From NCBI GenBank assembly GCA_036398395.1, contig DASWPX010000114.1, forward strand, positions 1 through 40,123: 40,123 nt of DNA. Reading direction: 5' to 3'. Of this stretch, positions 8,447 through 19,242 are shown piece by piece. Below the pieces are notes generated by a model. The model saw nothing but the letters and a program-made list of their open reading frames with translations, was not told where the DNA came from and did no database searches. Numbering within the stretch: the stretch's first letter is position 1; the number at the start of each line of letters is the position of its first letter. Position numbers and translations under genes: made by a program. This stretch comes from Pseudolabrys sp. Lineage in GTDB: Bacteria; Pseudomonadota; Alphaproteobacteria; Rhizobiales; Xanthobacteraceae.

Positions 8447-9064
8447 GTGCAGCGAAAAGTTTTCCGCGTCGAACAGATGTTTGCCGCTTCGCGGGCGAAC
8501 GTGAGAGCGCCGCTGCCGCCGGCACCGTCGAATCCGCGCGACGGCGACGACGCGGTCGGCCGTCTCAAGCGCGAATTGGCGGCGATCCAGGACACCATAG
8601 CGCGCAACAAGCGCGAACTTGCCTCGCTTATCGGCGACGGCAAGCAGCAGCGCATGGCGCGCGCCGGCGACGAATTGCGCGCCGCGGTCGACGGCATGGA
8701 TGACGCCACGCAGAAGATTCTAAAATCGGCCGAGATCATCGACGAAAGCGCCAGGGCGCTCACCGCATCGCTGAATGACGATTACAAACGCGGCCTTGCC
8801 CAGGACATTCAGGACAACGTCGTGAAAGTCTACGAGGCCTGCAATTTCCAGGATATCGCCGGCCAGCGCATCACCAATGTGATCGGCACCATGACGATGG
8901 TGGAAGACCAGATTGCCGGGATGCTGTCGCCGCGCGACAGCACGAACGCAGCTCCGCCGGCGCCCGCCAAACCCTCCCCGCGCAACGAATTCCTCAACGG
9001 TCCCAAGCTCGACGGCGATACCGGCCACGCCACCCAGCTCGATATCGACGAGATGTTTGCCTGA
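8447..9064 (+). CDS. cheZ: CheZ-like chemotaxis phosphatase
   Basis: EACNFQDIAGQRI (DxxxQ active site), LNGP, C-terminal QLDIDEMFA. Confidence 0.8.
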   Translation: MQRKVFRVEQMFAASRANVRAPLPPAPSNPRDGDDAVGRLKRELAAIQDTIARNKRELASLIGDGKQQRMARAGDELRAAVDGMDDATQKILKSAEIIDESARALTASLNDDYKRGLAQDIQDNVVKVYEACNFQDIAGQRITNVIGTMTMVEDQIAGMLSPRDSTNAAPPAPAKPSPRNEFLNGPKLDGDTGHATQLDIDEMFA

Positions 9065-10255
9065 CTAATCGGGCTTGCGAATTACGATAAAGCAGACCAG
9101 CCCGGCCGTGGCGAAAGCGCCCGCCAGCGCCAATGCGCCGGCGTCGGACGCGCGCTCCACCACGAAGGCCATCACCAAAGGCGCCGCCGCCTGCATCAGC
9201 AGAAACGGACCGGCGAGCCTTCCCATCAGCCGCCCATAGCCGGAGGCGCCAAACAGCGCCAGCGGCAGCGCGCCGCGCGTGATGGTGACCAGCCCATTGG
9301 CGCCGCCGAACAGCAGCGCGAAAGCCGCCGCGACCGGCGCGGAAATACCGAGCACCGCCATCATCACAAAGGCGAAGAGCAGAACGCCGAGGGCGAAGCG
9401 CACCACCCATAGCGGATGCAAATCGCGGCCGAATGAAAATTCGATCAGCCGCGCGCCGACCTGCGCCGGCCCGAACAGCGCGCCGATCCACACCACGGTG
9501 CCGGCATCGATACCGGAGCGCGCGAAGATCGCCAGCAGATGCGCCGATAGCCCCGAGGGAACGAAAGCGTAGGCCGCGAAGGCCGAGGCCACCAGAACGA
9601 ACGGCAGTCCGTGCGGCGGCAGCACCTTCTCCGGCGCTTTCGTGTCGGCTTGTTTGGCGACGTCCGCCTTAAAGCGCGCGCGCGGTAGCGCGAAAGCATG
9701 CAGCGGCGCCGAGATGAAAGCGAGCAGCGCAGCGTAGACCAGGTAGGTACCGCGCCAGCCGGCCGCCTCGATAAGAAAATGCGTCGCGGGCCAGCTCACG
9801 GTCGAGGCAAAGCCGCCGGCCAGCGTCAGCGCGGTAATCGGCCGGCGCGCGGTCGCGCCGAAGATGCGGCCGAGCGTGGCGAAGGCGGAATCGTACAAGT
9901 TCGCCGACATGGCGATGCCGAGAACGACCCAGACCGCGTAATAGGCGACGGGATTGTTGGCATGACCGATCAGCACCAGGCCGAGCGCGCCGATCAGCGA
10001 CCCGATCGTCATCGTCACCTGGCCGCCGAAGCGGTCGATCGAGCGCCCGACGTAAGGCGCGATCAGGCCTGCAGCCAGCAGCGCCACCGAAAATCCGCCC
10101 ATGGCAAAAGAGATCGACCAGCCGTGCTCGGCCGCGATCAGCGGCACGATCAGCACCGGCGTATAGAAAATCGTGCCCCACGACAGGATTTGCGTGACGC
10201 CGAGCACCGGCACCGCCCGCCAGGGACCGAAAAGAAATTCGCGAAGCGGAATCAT
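9065..10255 (-). CDS. MFS transporter
   Basis: About 12 hydrophobic segments, GRSIDRFG motif A, LAGGFASTVSWP. Confidence 0.9.
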   Translation of the reverse strand: MIPLREFLFGPWRAVPVLGVTQILSWGTIFYTPVLIVPLIAAEHGWSISFAMGGFSVALLAAGLIAPYVGRSIDRFGGQVTMTIGSLIGALGLVLIGHANNPVAYYAVWVVLGIAMSANLYDSAFATLGRIFGATARRPITALTLAGGFASTVSWPATHFLIEAAGWRGTYLVYAALLAFISAPLHAFALPRARFKADVAKQADTKAPEKVLPPHGLPFVLVASAFAAYAFVPSGLSAHLLAIFARSGIDAGTVVWIGALFGPAQVGARLIEFSFGRDLHPLWVVRFALGVLLFAFVMMAVLGISAPVAAAFALLFGGANGLVTITRGALPLALFGASGYGRLMGRLAGPFLLMQAAAPLVMAFVVERASDAGALALAGAFATAGLVCFIVIRKPD

Positions 10256-10292
10256 GCTGCGATGCTAGCCCGCCGGGAAAGGTGAAGCGTGC

Positions 10293-10919
10293 TTACCGCG
10301 ACGGCGGAACCTGCTGGATCGGCGGCTGCACCGGCGCCGGCGCTGCCTTCGGCTTGGCTGCGGGCTTGGCGGCCGTCTTGGCCTTAGGCTTGGGCGCCGG
10401 ACGCTTCTCGCCTTCCGGTCCGCAGCGCACATAGACCATGGTGCCGTAGCGGCCCTGCACTTCGCTATCCACCCAGCGCAGCGCCAGCACACGGCCGTCG
10501 AACGAAACCACTTCGCGGTCCTGCTGGCCGCCCGGCGGATCGTCGGCAGGTCCGATGAAAGTCTTGCCGCCGGGCGCGCCCTTCAGGCGCAGTTCGGTCG
10601 GCGTCGCCTGGTCGGCGAGATGCATCATCACGCCGCCGCTGGTGCCCAGGGTGATGATGTAGGGCTGCTTGCATTGATCGGCCGCGGCCGCCTCGGTGCG
10701 CGGACGGTCCTCGACCTTGTGGTAGGCGGCAAGCCCCCAGCGTCCGACAATATCCTGCGGCGGGAAGGCCGGCGGCAGGCTCTGCAGCGGCGGTGGCGGC
10801 GGCGCCTCATTGGTCGAGAATGGATTGGAAATCGACCCCCCGGAGCAGCCTGCAAGGCCAAGCGCAAGCACGCCCAGGACGAAGGCGAACGGCAGGCGGA
10901 AACGGTTCGATTGGCTCAT
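10293..10919 (-). CDS. conserved hypothetical lipoprotein
   Basis: Lipobox LAGC; Pro-rich linker; K/P/A-rich tail. Confidence 0.75.
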   Translation of the reverse strand: MSQSNRFRLPFAFVLGVLALGLAGCSGGSISNPFSTNEAPPPPPLQSLPPAFPPQDIVGRWGLAAYHKVEDRPRTEAAAADQCKQPYIITLGTSGGVMMHLADQATPTELRLKGAPGGKTFIGPADDPPGGQQDREVVSFDGRVLALRWVDSEVQGRYGTMVYVRCGPEGEKRPAPKPKAKTAAKPAAKPKAAPAPVQPPIQQVPPSR

Positions 10920-11006
10920 ACGGGCTCCGGCAGCGCCTTGAGGGTGACTTTGCGGGGCACCCGCGATGATCGCAAGCGAAGCCTATCCGCGGCGGGCTAC
11001 AGCTTG

Positions 11007-11022
11007 GTTAACGCCGCGTTCA
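11007..11022 (-). promoter_or_regulatory. CtrA-like box upstream of the lipoprotein gene
   Basis: Minus strand TGAA-N7-TTAAC, one mismatch to TTAA-N7-TTAAC. Confidence 0.4.
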
Positions 11023-11050
11023 AACATACGTTCGTGGCAATTTTCCCGCG

Positions 11051-11079
11051 CTTGACACCTTCGGGCTCAGGTCATATGT
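11051..11079 (+). promoter_or_regulatory. groESL promoter (sigma70/sigma32-like)
   Basis: CTTGAC-N16-CATATGT just upstream of CIRCE. Confidence 0.6.
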
Positions 11080-11091
11080 CCCGGCTGGCTA

Positions 11092-11118
11092 TTGGCACTC
11101 TCCATCGTTGAGTGCTAA
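11092..11118 (+). promoter_or_regulatory. CIRCE element (HrcA operator)
   Basis: TTGGCACTC-N9-GAGTGCTAA. Confidence 0.95.
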
Positions 11119-11156
11119 GTGCCTGCAAAATTTAGCCTTTCATCGGCGAGGAAGAC

Positions 11157-11453
11157 ATGTCCAAGACCAAGTTCCGTCCCCTGCACGACCGTCTCGTCGT
11201 GCGCCGCATCACTGCCCTGGAGAAGACCAAGGGCGGCATCATCATTCCAGACAGCGCTCAGGAAAAGCCGTCGGAGGGCGAAGTCGTCGCCGTCGGCCCC
11301 GGCGGGCGCGACGACGCGGGCAAGCTCATCCCGATCGACATCAAGACCGGCGACCGCGTGCTGTTCGGCAAGTGGTCCGGCACCGAGGTCAAGCTCGATG
11401 GCGAGGACCTTCTGATCATGAAGGAATCCGACATCATGGGCGTCATTGCCTGA
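11157..11453 (+). CDS. groES: co-chaperonin GroES
   Basis: [29 protein letters not shown]. Confidence 0.99.
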   Translation: MSKTKFRPLHDRLVVRRITALEKTKGGIIIPDSAQEKPSEGEVVAVGPGGRDDAGKLIPIDIKTGDRVLFGKWSGTEVKLDGEDLLIMKESDIMGVIA

Positions 11454-11485
11454 ACGCGCGTCACGCGAACAATCCAACGGAGTAA

Positions 11486-13141
<1,656 letters not shown>

Positions 13142-13164
13142 CCCTCGCCACAAATCGCGAATGC

Positions 13165-13193
13165 AAAGGGCGGCCTTAAAGGCCGCCCTTTTT
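13165..13193 (+). terminator. intrinsic terminator of groESL
   Basis: AAAGGGCGGCC-TTAAA-GGCCGCCCTTTTT. Confidence 0.9.
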
Positions 13194-13229
13194 CGTGACT
13201 GATTTTGCGCCCCGGCAGTAGAATTGCCG

Positions 13230-14336
13230 ATGGAATCAAAATCGCGATCCGCCGGTATTCTGTTGAGTTTCGTGGGCGTCCTGATCGTCACGCAATTCGC
13301 GTTCGGCGCATCGCGCACCTTCGATGTCGGCATCGACCGCTCGAACATGATCTGGAAGTCCAAGCAAGAGCAGGCGGCAATCTTCGCCGACATCAAAAAG
13401 ACTGGCGTGCGCTGGTTTCGCGACGCCTTTTCCGCTCCCGTGAACAGGACCGCGGACTTTGTCGCGGTCGTGCGCCAAGCCAAGCAGGCAGGCCTCAAGA
13501 TGCTTGTTGTGGTGACGCAAAGTCCCGACGACTACGACAATGCCGTGGCCGCCAACGCCGGACCGGCCTTTGAAAAATTATGCGGCTGGCCGGACGGCTC
13601 GCTCAAGCTCAGCCAAATAAACCTGAGCAAACTCAAGAGCAGGCTGGTCGGCCTGCTGGATTCCCTGAAAGCCGGCAGTCTTGAGGTGGACGCGTTCGAG
13701 ATCGGCAACGAAGTCGATTGGGTCTGTTTCAACGGCGACGCGCCATTCGGCCGCGACGCCGGCCCCGACGACATCCTGACCGCCGGACGCGGCTACGCGC
13801 GCTTTCTCCAGACCGCGGCCGAGACGATCCACGACCGTGTGCCGCGCGCAAAATTGATTACCTTCGGCATGGCCCACGCCGAGGCTTGGGAGAAGCCGCC
13901 GTATCATCATTTGCCGAAGCCGGCGGCTTTCGTGGCGTCGCTGCGCGATCTCGACGGGATGAACTACCTCGACAACGCCCGCTATCGCATCGACGGCTAC
14001 GGCTCGCACGTCTATCCCGACGCCGACGACATCGAAAAATCCACCGTCGCGCGGCTTGCCGACGACACGCAAGCGTTCGGGGCGGATTTGCCGATCTGGA
14101 TTACGGAATTCGGCTTTCGCGCCGACCAGTTCCCCAACCGCGCGGGCGAAAATCGAACTCAGGCGATCGAAGCCTTCTTCAAGGCCTTGGCCGGCGCACG
14201 GTCATCCCTTGGACCGGTATTTTATTATGCCTATGACGACGCGGCCTTCAGTCTCGTCGACGCGCGCGGTCAACTGCTGCCGGAGGCCTATATGCTCGGC
14301 CGCCAATGTGGCGTGTGCGTCAGGCCGCCGCGCTAA
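13230..14336 (+). CDS. putative secreted clan GH-A glycoside hydrolase
   Basis: N-terminal hydrophobic segment; GVRWFR, FEIGNE (acid/base), HVYP, IWITEFG (nucleophile). Confidence 0.7.
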   Translation: MESKSRSAGILLSFVGVLIVTQFAFGASRTFDVGIDRSNMIWKSKQEQAAIFADIKKTGVRWFRDAFSAPVNRTADFVAVVRQAKQAGLKMLVVVTQSPDDYDNAVAANAGPAFEKLCGWPDGSLKLSQINLSKLKSRLVGLLDSLKAGSLEVDAFEIGNEVDWVCFNGDAPFGRDAGPDDILTAGRGYARFLQTAAETIHDRVPRAKLITFGMAHAEAWEKPPYHHLPKPAAFVASLRDLDGMNYLDNARYRIDGYGSHVYPDADDIEKSTVARLADDTQAFGADLPIWITEFGFRADQFPNRAGENRTQAIEAFFKALAGARSSLGPVFYYAYDDAAFSLVDARGQLLPEAYMLGRQCGVCVRPPR

Positions 14337-14779
14337 TTGCTCGCCGGTTTGAATTTCAAAATCTTCGGCCCTTCCAGCACCAGCGCGCCGCCCTGATTGC
14401 GCCAGACCGTTGCATCGGTCATCGCGTTGAGCAGGTCCAGATCGGCCTGGATGCGCTGCGGCGTGCACTGGCCGTTACCCATCATCTCCGGCAGCGCCTC
14501 CGGCAAAAGGCCCGGCTCGATCCTGATCGCCGCGTCGGCCACCTCGACATGCGCGGCTACGGACTTGCACCACAGGTCGATGCTGGCGTCGCCGTTCGCC
14601 GCCACCGTGAGCATCGGCATGCGCTTGCCCGGCCTCATCGGCGCAGCGTCGAGCACAAGCTCCCGGTCGAAAGGAAATTCGTCGGCCGCCCGGACGGGAA
14701 CCGAACCGAGCAGCAATCCGGCGGCAAAAATGCCGCAGACAAACGCGCGGCGCGCCATTATCTGGCGAAAAAAACTCAT
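14333..14779 (-). CDS. META/HslJ-like domain protein
   Basis: Signal peptide, LWCKS and QC Cys pair, WR...LVLEG; start approximate. Confidence 0.65.
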   Translation of the reverse strand: MSFFRQIMARRAFVCGIFAAGLLLGSVPVRAADEFPFDRELVLDAAPMRPGKRMPMLTVAANGDASIDLWCKSVAAHVEVADAAIRIEPGLLPEALPEMMGNGQCTPQRIQADLDLLNAMTDATVWRNQGGALVLEGPKILKFKPASN

Positions 14780-14892
14780 TATCGTCTCCGGGATCGGCGG
14801 CTTGCGGGCCTTTTGAATTGCAGGCACAGGGCCATGACGTCAAGCCGCATTTGGGAATAGCATGTGTGCCGCTAGTGCCGCCGGAGGACATC

Positions 14893-15762
14893 ATGGATCA
14901 GCGCATCATCGACCTTTATGACAGTTTCACGCATGGCGGGATGAACCGCCGTCAATTCCTCGACCGGCTCGGTGAATTGGCCGGTTCCAGCGCCGCCGCA
15001 TTGGCGCTGCTGCCGATGTTGCAGAACGATTACGCGCGCGCCGCGATTGTGCCGCCCGACGATGCGCGGCTCGCGATAGACGCCGCGTCCTATGACGCGC
15101 AAGGCACGCGCATCAACGGTTATTTGGCGCGCCCCAAAGCAAAAGGCAAAAGGCCGGCGGTCATCGTCATCCATGAAAACCGCGGGCTCAATCCGCACAT
15201 CCAGGATATCGCGCGGCGCCTCGCGCTCGAGGGCTTCCTCGCTTATGCGGTCGATATGCTGTCGCCGCAGGGCGGCACGCCGGCCGACGAAGACAAGGCG
15301 CGCGACATGTTCATCAATCTCGATCTCGACGTAACCGCCAGGCAACTCGCGGGCGCCGTGCCGTTCCTCGCCGGTCACGCGGAGTCGACCGGCAATGTCG
15401 GCGCCGTCGGCTTCTGCTGGGGCGGCGGCATGGTCAACCGCCTCGCGGTGCTGTCGCCCGATCTGAAAGCGGGCGTCGCGTATTACGGCCAGCAGCCGCC
15501 GGCCGAACAGGCGGCGGCGATCAAGGCGCCGCTGCTGCTGCACTATGCCGGGCTCGACAGCCGCATCAATGCCGGCATTCCGGCCTACGAGGCGGCGCTG
15601 AAAGCCGCGGGCAAGCGCTTCACGGTCTACGTCTACCCGGACGTCAACCACGCCTTCAACAACGACACCGGCAACCGCTACGACAAGCCGGCCGCGGATC
15701 TGGCCTGGAGCCGCACCATCGCCTTCTTCAGGGACAATCTCGGCGCGCCGGGGAAGGCTTAA
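14893..15762 (+). CDS. dienelactone hydrolase family (YghX-like)
   Basis: HENRGLN, GFCWGG, HAFNND; GGAGG RBS; MNRRQFL segment. Confidence 0.92.
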   Translation: MDQRIIDLYDSFTHGGMNRRQFLDRLGELAGSSAAALALLPMLQNDYARAAIVPPDDARLAIDAASYDAQGTRINGYLARPKAKGKRPAVIVIHENRGLNPHIQDIARRLALEGFLAYAVDMLSPQGGTPADEDKARDMFINLDLDVTARQLAGAVPFLAGHAESTGNVGAVGFCWGGGMVNRLAVLSPDLKAGVAYYGQQPPAEQAAAIKAPLLLHYAGLDSRINAGIPAYEAALKAAGKRFTVYVYPDVNHAFNNDTGNRYDKPAADLAWSRTIAFFRDNLGAPGKA

Positions 15763-15787
15763 CGCGTCAATTCAAACGAGAGACGCT

Positions 15788-16525
15788 CTAGACGGCCGCG
15801 TCGCGCGGTTCCCATTCCTCGGCGCTGGCGCCGGCGAGCGCGCGCACGCGCTTCTCGTCCTTGGCGAACTCGGCCGCCGGCCCGGAAAACACCACGTGGC
15901 CGTCGTCGAGAACATAGGCGCGGTCGGCGACCTCCACCGCGGCGCGGACGTTCTGCTCGACCAGCAGCACGGAAATCCCCTCCTTGCGCGCGGCGACCAC
16001 GACCTTGAACACTTCCTGCACGATCAGCGGCGCCAGCCCCTGCGACGGCTCGTCGAGCAGCAGAACCTTCGGGTTGAGCAGCAGGGCGCGCGCGATCGAC
16101 AGCATTTCCTGCTCGCCGCCCGAAAGCTGGCGGCCTTTGTTCGCCTTGCGCTGCGCCAGGCGCGGAAACAGTTCGTAGATGCGCGCGATGGTCCAGGGGC
16201 CCGGACGTTCCATCGGCACCATGAGGTTTTCCTCGACCGAAAGGTTGGCGAAGATGCGACGGCCTTCCGGCACGTAGCCGACGCCGAGCGCCGCAATCCG
16301 GTACGGCTGCCAGTCGGTGGTGGCCTGGCCGAAGATTCGCACCGCGCCTTCGCGCGCGTGCGTCAGACCCATCAGGCTGCGCAGCGTCGTGGTTTTGCCG
16401 GCGCCGTTGCGGCCGAGCAAAGCCACGATCTCGCCCTCGCGCACTTCGAGCCCGACGCCGCGCAGAATGTGGCTCTTGCCGTAATACGTGTGCAGGCCTT
16501 CGGCCTCGATCGGGAGCGCGCTCAT
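15788..16525 (-). CDS. livF: Liv-type ABC transporter ATPase (LivF-like)
   Basis: GRNGAGKTT, LSGGEQ, LLDEPSQGLAP. Confidence 0.9.
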   Translation of the reverse strand: MSALPIEAEGLHTYYGKSHILRGVGLEVREGEIVALLGRNGAGKTTTLRSLMGLTHAREGAVRIFGQATTDWQPYRIAALGVGYVPEGRRIFANLSVEENLMVPMERPGPWTIARIYELFPRLAQRKANKGRQLSGGEQEMLSIARALLLNPKVLLLDEPSQGLAPLIVQEVFKVVVAARKEGISVLLVEQNVRAAVEVADRAYVLDDGHVVFSGPAAEFAKDEKRVRALAGASAEEWEPRDAAV

Positions 16526-17274
16526 GCGGCCGCCTTTCCGAGATAGGCGGCCTGCACGGCCTCGTTGGCGGCGATCTCCTGCGGCGTGCCGACGGCGAGC
16601 GTCGCGCCTTCCGCCAGCACCATGATGCGGTTGGCAAGGTGGAAGACGACGCGCATATCGTGTTCGATCAGGACAATGGTGAGGTTCTGGTCCTTGTGCA
16701 GCTTCCGGATGAGCTGCGTGATGTCGTAGGTCTCCTGGTCGCCCATGCCCGCGGTCGGCTCGTCCAGCAGCAGCAGACGCGGCTTGAGCGCCAGCGCCAT
16801 CATGATCTCGGTGGCGCGCTGGTCGCCGTGGGAAAGCTCGCCCACCAGCCGGTCGGCCTTGCCGGCAAGCCCGCTCATGGTCATCAGATCGACGACGCGC
16901 GCGCCGATCTCACCGTCGGCGTCCTTCGACATCCAGGGACTCAGGCGATAGCCGGCGGCGACCTCGACCGGAACGCGCAGATTTTCGCGCACCGTGAGTT
17001 CGGGAAACACCTCGGTGATCTGGAAAGTGCGCGCGATGCCGCGCCAAACCCGCTGCGCCGGCGCGACATTGGAAATATCCTCGCCGTCAAACACAATGCG
17101 GCCGGAGGTCTGCGTCAGAAAGCCGCTGATCATGTTGAAGAAGGTCGTCTTGCCGGCGCCGTTCGGGCCGATCACGGCGCGCAATTCGCCTTGCTCGACG
17201 TCTATTGAAACATCGTTGACGGCGACCAGGCTGCCGAAATGCTTGGTGAGATTTTCAACTTTGAGCATGCTCAT
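16522..17274 (-). CDS. livG: Liv-type ABC transporter ATPase (LivG-like)
   Basis: GPNGAGKTT, LSHG, LLDEPTAGM, IEHDM; ATGA-type overlap. Confidence 0.9.
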   Translation of the reverse strand: MSMLKVENLTKHFGSLVAVNDVSIDVEQGELRAVIGPNGAGKTTFFNMISGFLTQTSGRIVFDGEDISNVAPAQRVWRGIARTFQITEVFPELTVRENLRVPVEVAAGYRLSPWMSKDADGEIGARVVDLMTMSGLAGKADRLVGELSHGDQRATEIMMALALKPRLLLLDEPTAGMGDQETYDITQLIRKLHKDQNLTIVLIEHDMRVVFHLANRIMVLAEGATLAVGTPQEIAANEAVQAAYLGKAAA

Positions 17275-18227
17275 GGCGACAGCTTCCGGCGGACGATGCC
17301 GAGCACGCCGCGCGGGAAGAACAGCACGACGAGGACGAAGAACAAGCCGACGAAGGACATCCAGTTCTGGGTCTGGCTGGAGAGGTAGTCCTCCAGCACG
17401 ACGAAGATCGCGGCGCCGATCAGCGGACCCCAGAACGAGCGCATGCCGCCGAGCACCGCCATGATCACGAAATCGCCCGACTGGGTCCAATAGAGCGCGC
17501 GCGGATCGACGAAGTTGTTCAAAAGCGCGTAGAGCGCGCCGGCAAGGCTGACGAAACAGCACGAGATCATCCACGAGATCCAGATGTGCTGGTCGACCGG
17601 AATGCCGAGAAAACGCGCGCGGCGCTCGTTCTCACGGATCGCGATCAGCGTGCGGCCGAAGGGCGAGCGCAACAGCCACGCCATCACGGCGACCGCGACG
17701 GCAAAGACCGCCAGCACGAAGAAGTAGAAAGCGCGGGTATTGTGCAGGATGTCGACGGTGGCGAAACCGAAATTGAGCGGCTGGCGCGACCAGCCGGTCA
17801 AACCGTCGTCGCCGCCGGTGACCGAATTCCAGCGGAAGGTGATGAAATAGAACACCTGACCGAAGGCGATGGTCACCATGGCGAAATAGACGCCGCGCAG
17901 CCGGATGATCAGCGGGCCGATAATGGCCGCGGCGATGGTGCCGACAATCGTGCCGACGATGATGCCGATGCCCGTGCTGGGGACCAGATAGCGGATGGTC
18001 ATGCCGACGCCATAGGCGCCGAGGCCGAAATAAGCGGCGTGGCCGAAGGACAGCACGCCGGTGTAGCCAAGCAGGAAATTCAGCGCCATCGCGGCGAGAC
18101 CGAGCACGACGACGCGAATACCGAGCTCGGTATAGCCGTGCACCAGCGGCATCCAATAAGGCAGCGACAGCAGCAGCAGCCAAACGACGACGTTCGGAAT
18201 CTGCTTGTTGAGTTCGGGGCCGCCCAT
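17271..18227 (-). CDS. livM: Liv-type ABC permease (LivM-like)
   Basis: GYTGVLSFGH, TGGDDG, SPFGRTLIAIRENE. Confidence 0.9.
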   Translation of the reverse strand: MGGPELNKQIPNVVVWLLLLSLPYWMPLVHGYTELGIRVVVLGLAAMALNFLLGYTGVLSFGHAAYFGLGAYGVGMTIRYLVPSTGIGIIVGTIVGTIAAAIIGPLIIRLRGVYFAMVTIAFGQVFYFITFRWNSVTGGDDGLTGWSRQPLNFGFATVDILHNTRAFYFFVLAVFAVAVAVMAWLLRSPFGRTLIAIRENERRARFLGIPVDQHIWISWMISCCFVSLAGALYALLNNFVDPRALYWTQSGDFVIMAVLGGMRSFWGPLIGAAIFVVLEDYLSSQTQNWMSFVGLFFVLVVLFFPRGVLGIVRRKLSP

Positions 18228-19093
18228 CAGAACCGCCCCTCTTCGCCCAGCAGACCGCGCGGCCGCACCAGCAGCACGGCCGCCATCATCACGTACATCA
18301 CCGCCTCGGTCGCCGAGGGGAAGAACACCGTTGTGAGACCGGAGGCGACGCCGATCAGCAAACCGCCGAGCAAAGTGCCGGGCAGACTGCCGAGACCGCC
18401 GACGATGATGGCCACGAAGCTCGGCATGATCAGCGACGAGCCGACCGTCGGCTGCAAACCGAGCATGCCGGCAGCCAGCACGCCGGCGAGGCCCGCGAGA
18501 TAGATGCCGAGGCCGAAATTGAGATTGCGCAGGATGCGGACGTTGACGCCCAGCACCGAGACGGTTTCGAGGTCGAGCGTACCGGCGCGGATGCGAATGC
18601 CGAGCCTGGTGTAGCCGAGGATCAGGAAAAGCCCGGTCACCGTGGCGGCGACGATCAATACCATGAACAGCCGATAGCCGGTCAGGAAGAAATATTCGCT
18701 ACTCAGCGGCGACACCAGCCAGCCGGGCACCTGGAACGGCAGGCTCTGCGCGCCCCAGATGAAGCGTGTGCCGTCCTCGATCATGAAGGCCAGGCCGAAG
18801 GTCAACAGCAGGCTGTAGAGCGGGTCGCGGCCGTATAGCCTGCGGATCAAAACCCGCTCGACCAAGAGGCCGATGAACGCGGTCAGCACCGGCGCCACGA
18901 TCAGGGCGCCCCAGAACCCGATATAGGGGATGAGCGTAAAGGCCAGATAGCCGCCGATCGCGAGAAATCCGCCATGGGCGAAATTGATGACGCCGGAAAG
19001 ATTGAGAATGAGCGACAGGCCGAGCGCCATCAGGGCGTAGAACGCACCGACGATGAGCCCGTTGAAGACGTTGAAAAGTATCAGCTGAGACAT
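18227..19093 (-). CDS. livH: Liv-type ABC permease (LivH-like)
   Basis: ALGLSL, VINFAHG, TRLGIRIRA, IVGGLGS. Confidence 0.9.
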   Translation of the reverse strand: MSQLILFNVFNGLIVGAFYALMALGLSLILNLSGVINFAHGGFLAIGGYLAFTLIPYIGFWGALIVAPVLTAFIGLLVERVLIRRLYGRDPLYSLLLTFGLAFMIEDGTRFIWGAQSLPFQVPGWLVSPLSSEYFFLTGYRLFMVLIVAATVTGLFLILGYTRLGIRIRAGTLDLETVSVLGVNVRILRNLNFGLGIYLAGLAGVLAAGMLGLQPTVGSSLIMPSFVAIIVGGLGSLPGTLLGGLLIGVASGLTTVFFPSATEAVMYVMMAAVLLVRPRGLLGEEGRF

Positions 19094-19203
19094 AGCGGCG
19101 ATAACTTCATAAACGCATCGTTGTCACGCACAACACGGTCGCCCGCGTCGACGCGGCCCTCATGGACTTCGGATTGATATTATCCCCTCGGCCGGGCAGT
19201 AAG

Positions 19204-19231
19204 CCGGGCGCCACGTTTCCGCGGCGCCCGG
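19204..19231 (-). terminator. stem-loop after the binding-protein gene (stabiliser or partial terminator)
   Basis: CCGGGCGCC-N10-GGCGCCCGG. Confidence 0.5.
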
Positions 19232-19242
19232 TGTTTCATCGA

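Noticed and set aside
14307-14336. C-terminal CGVC of the glycoside hydrolase as a redox or metal motif
   Set aside because: It lies in the last residues next to the convergent gene end; probably an incidental extension
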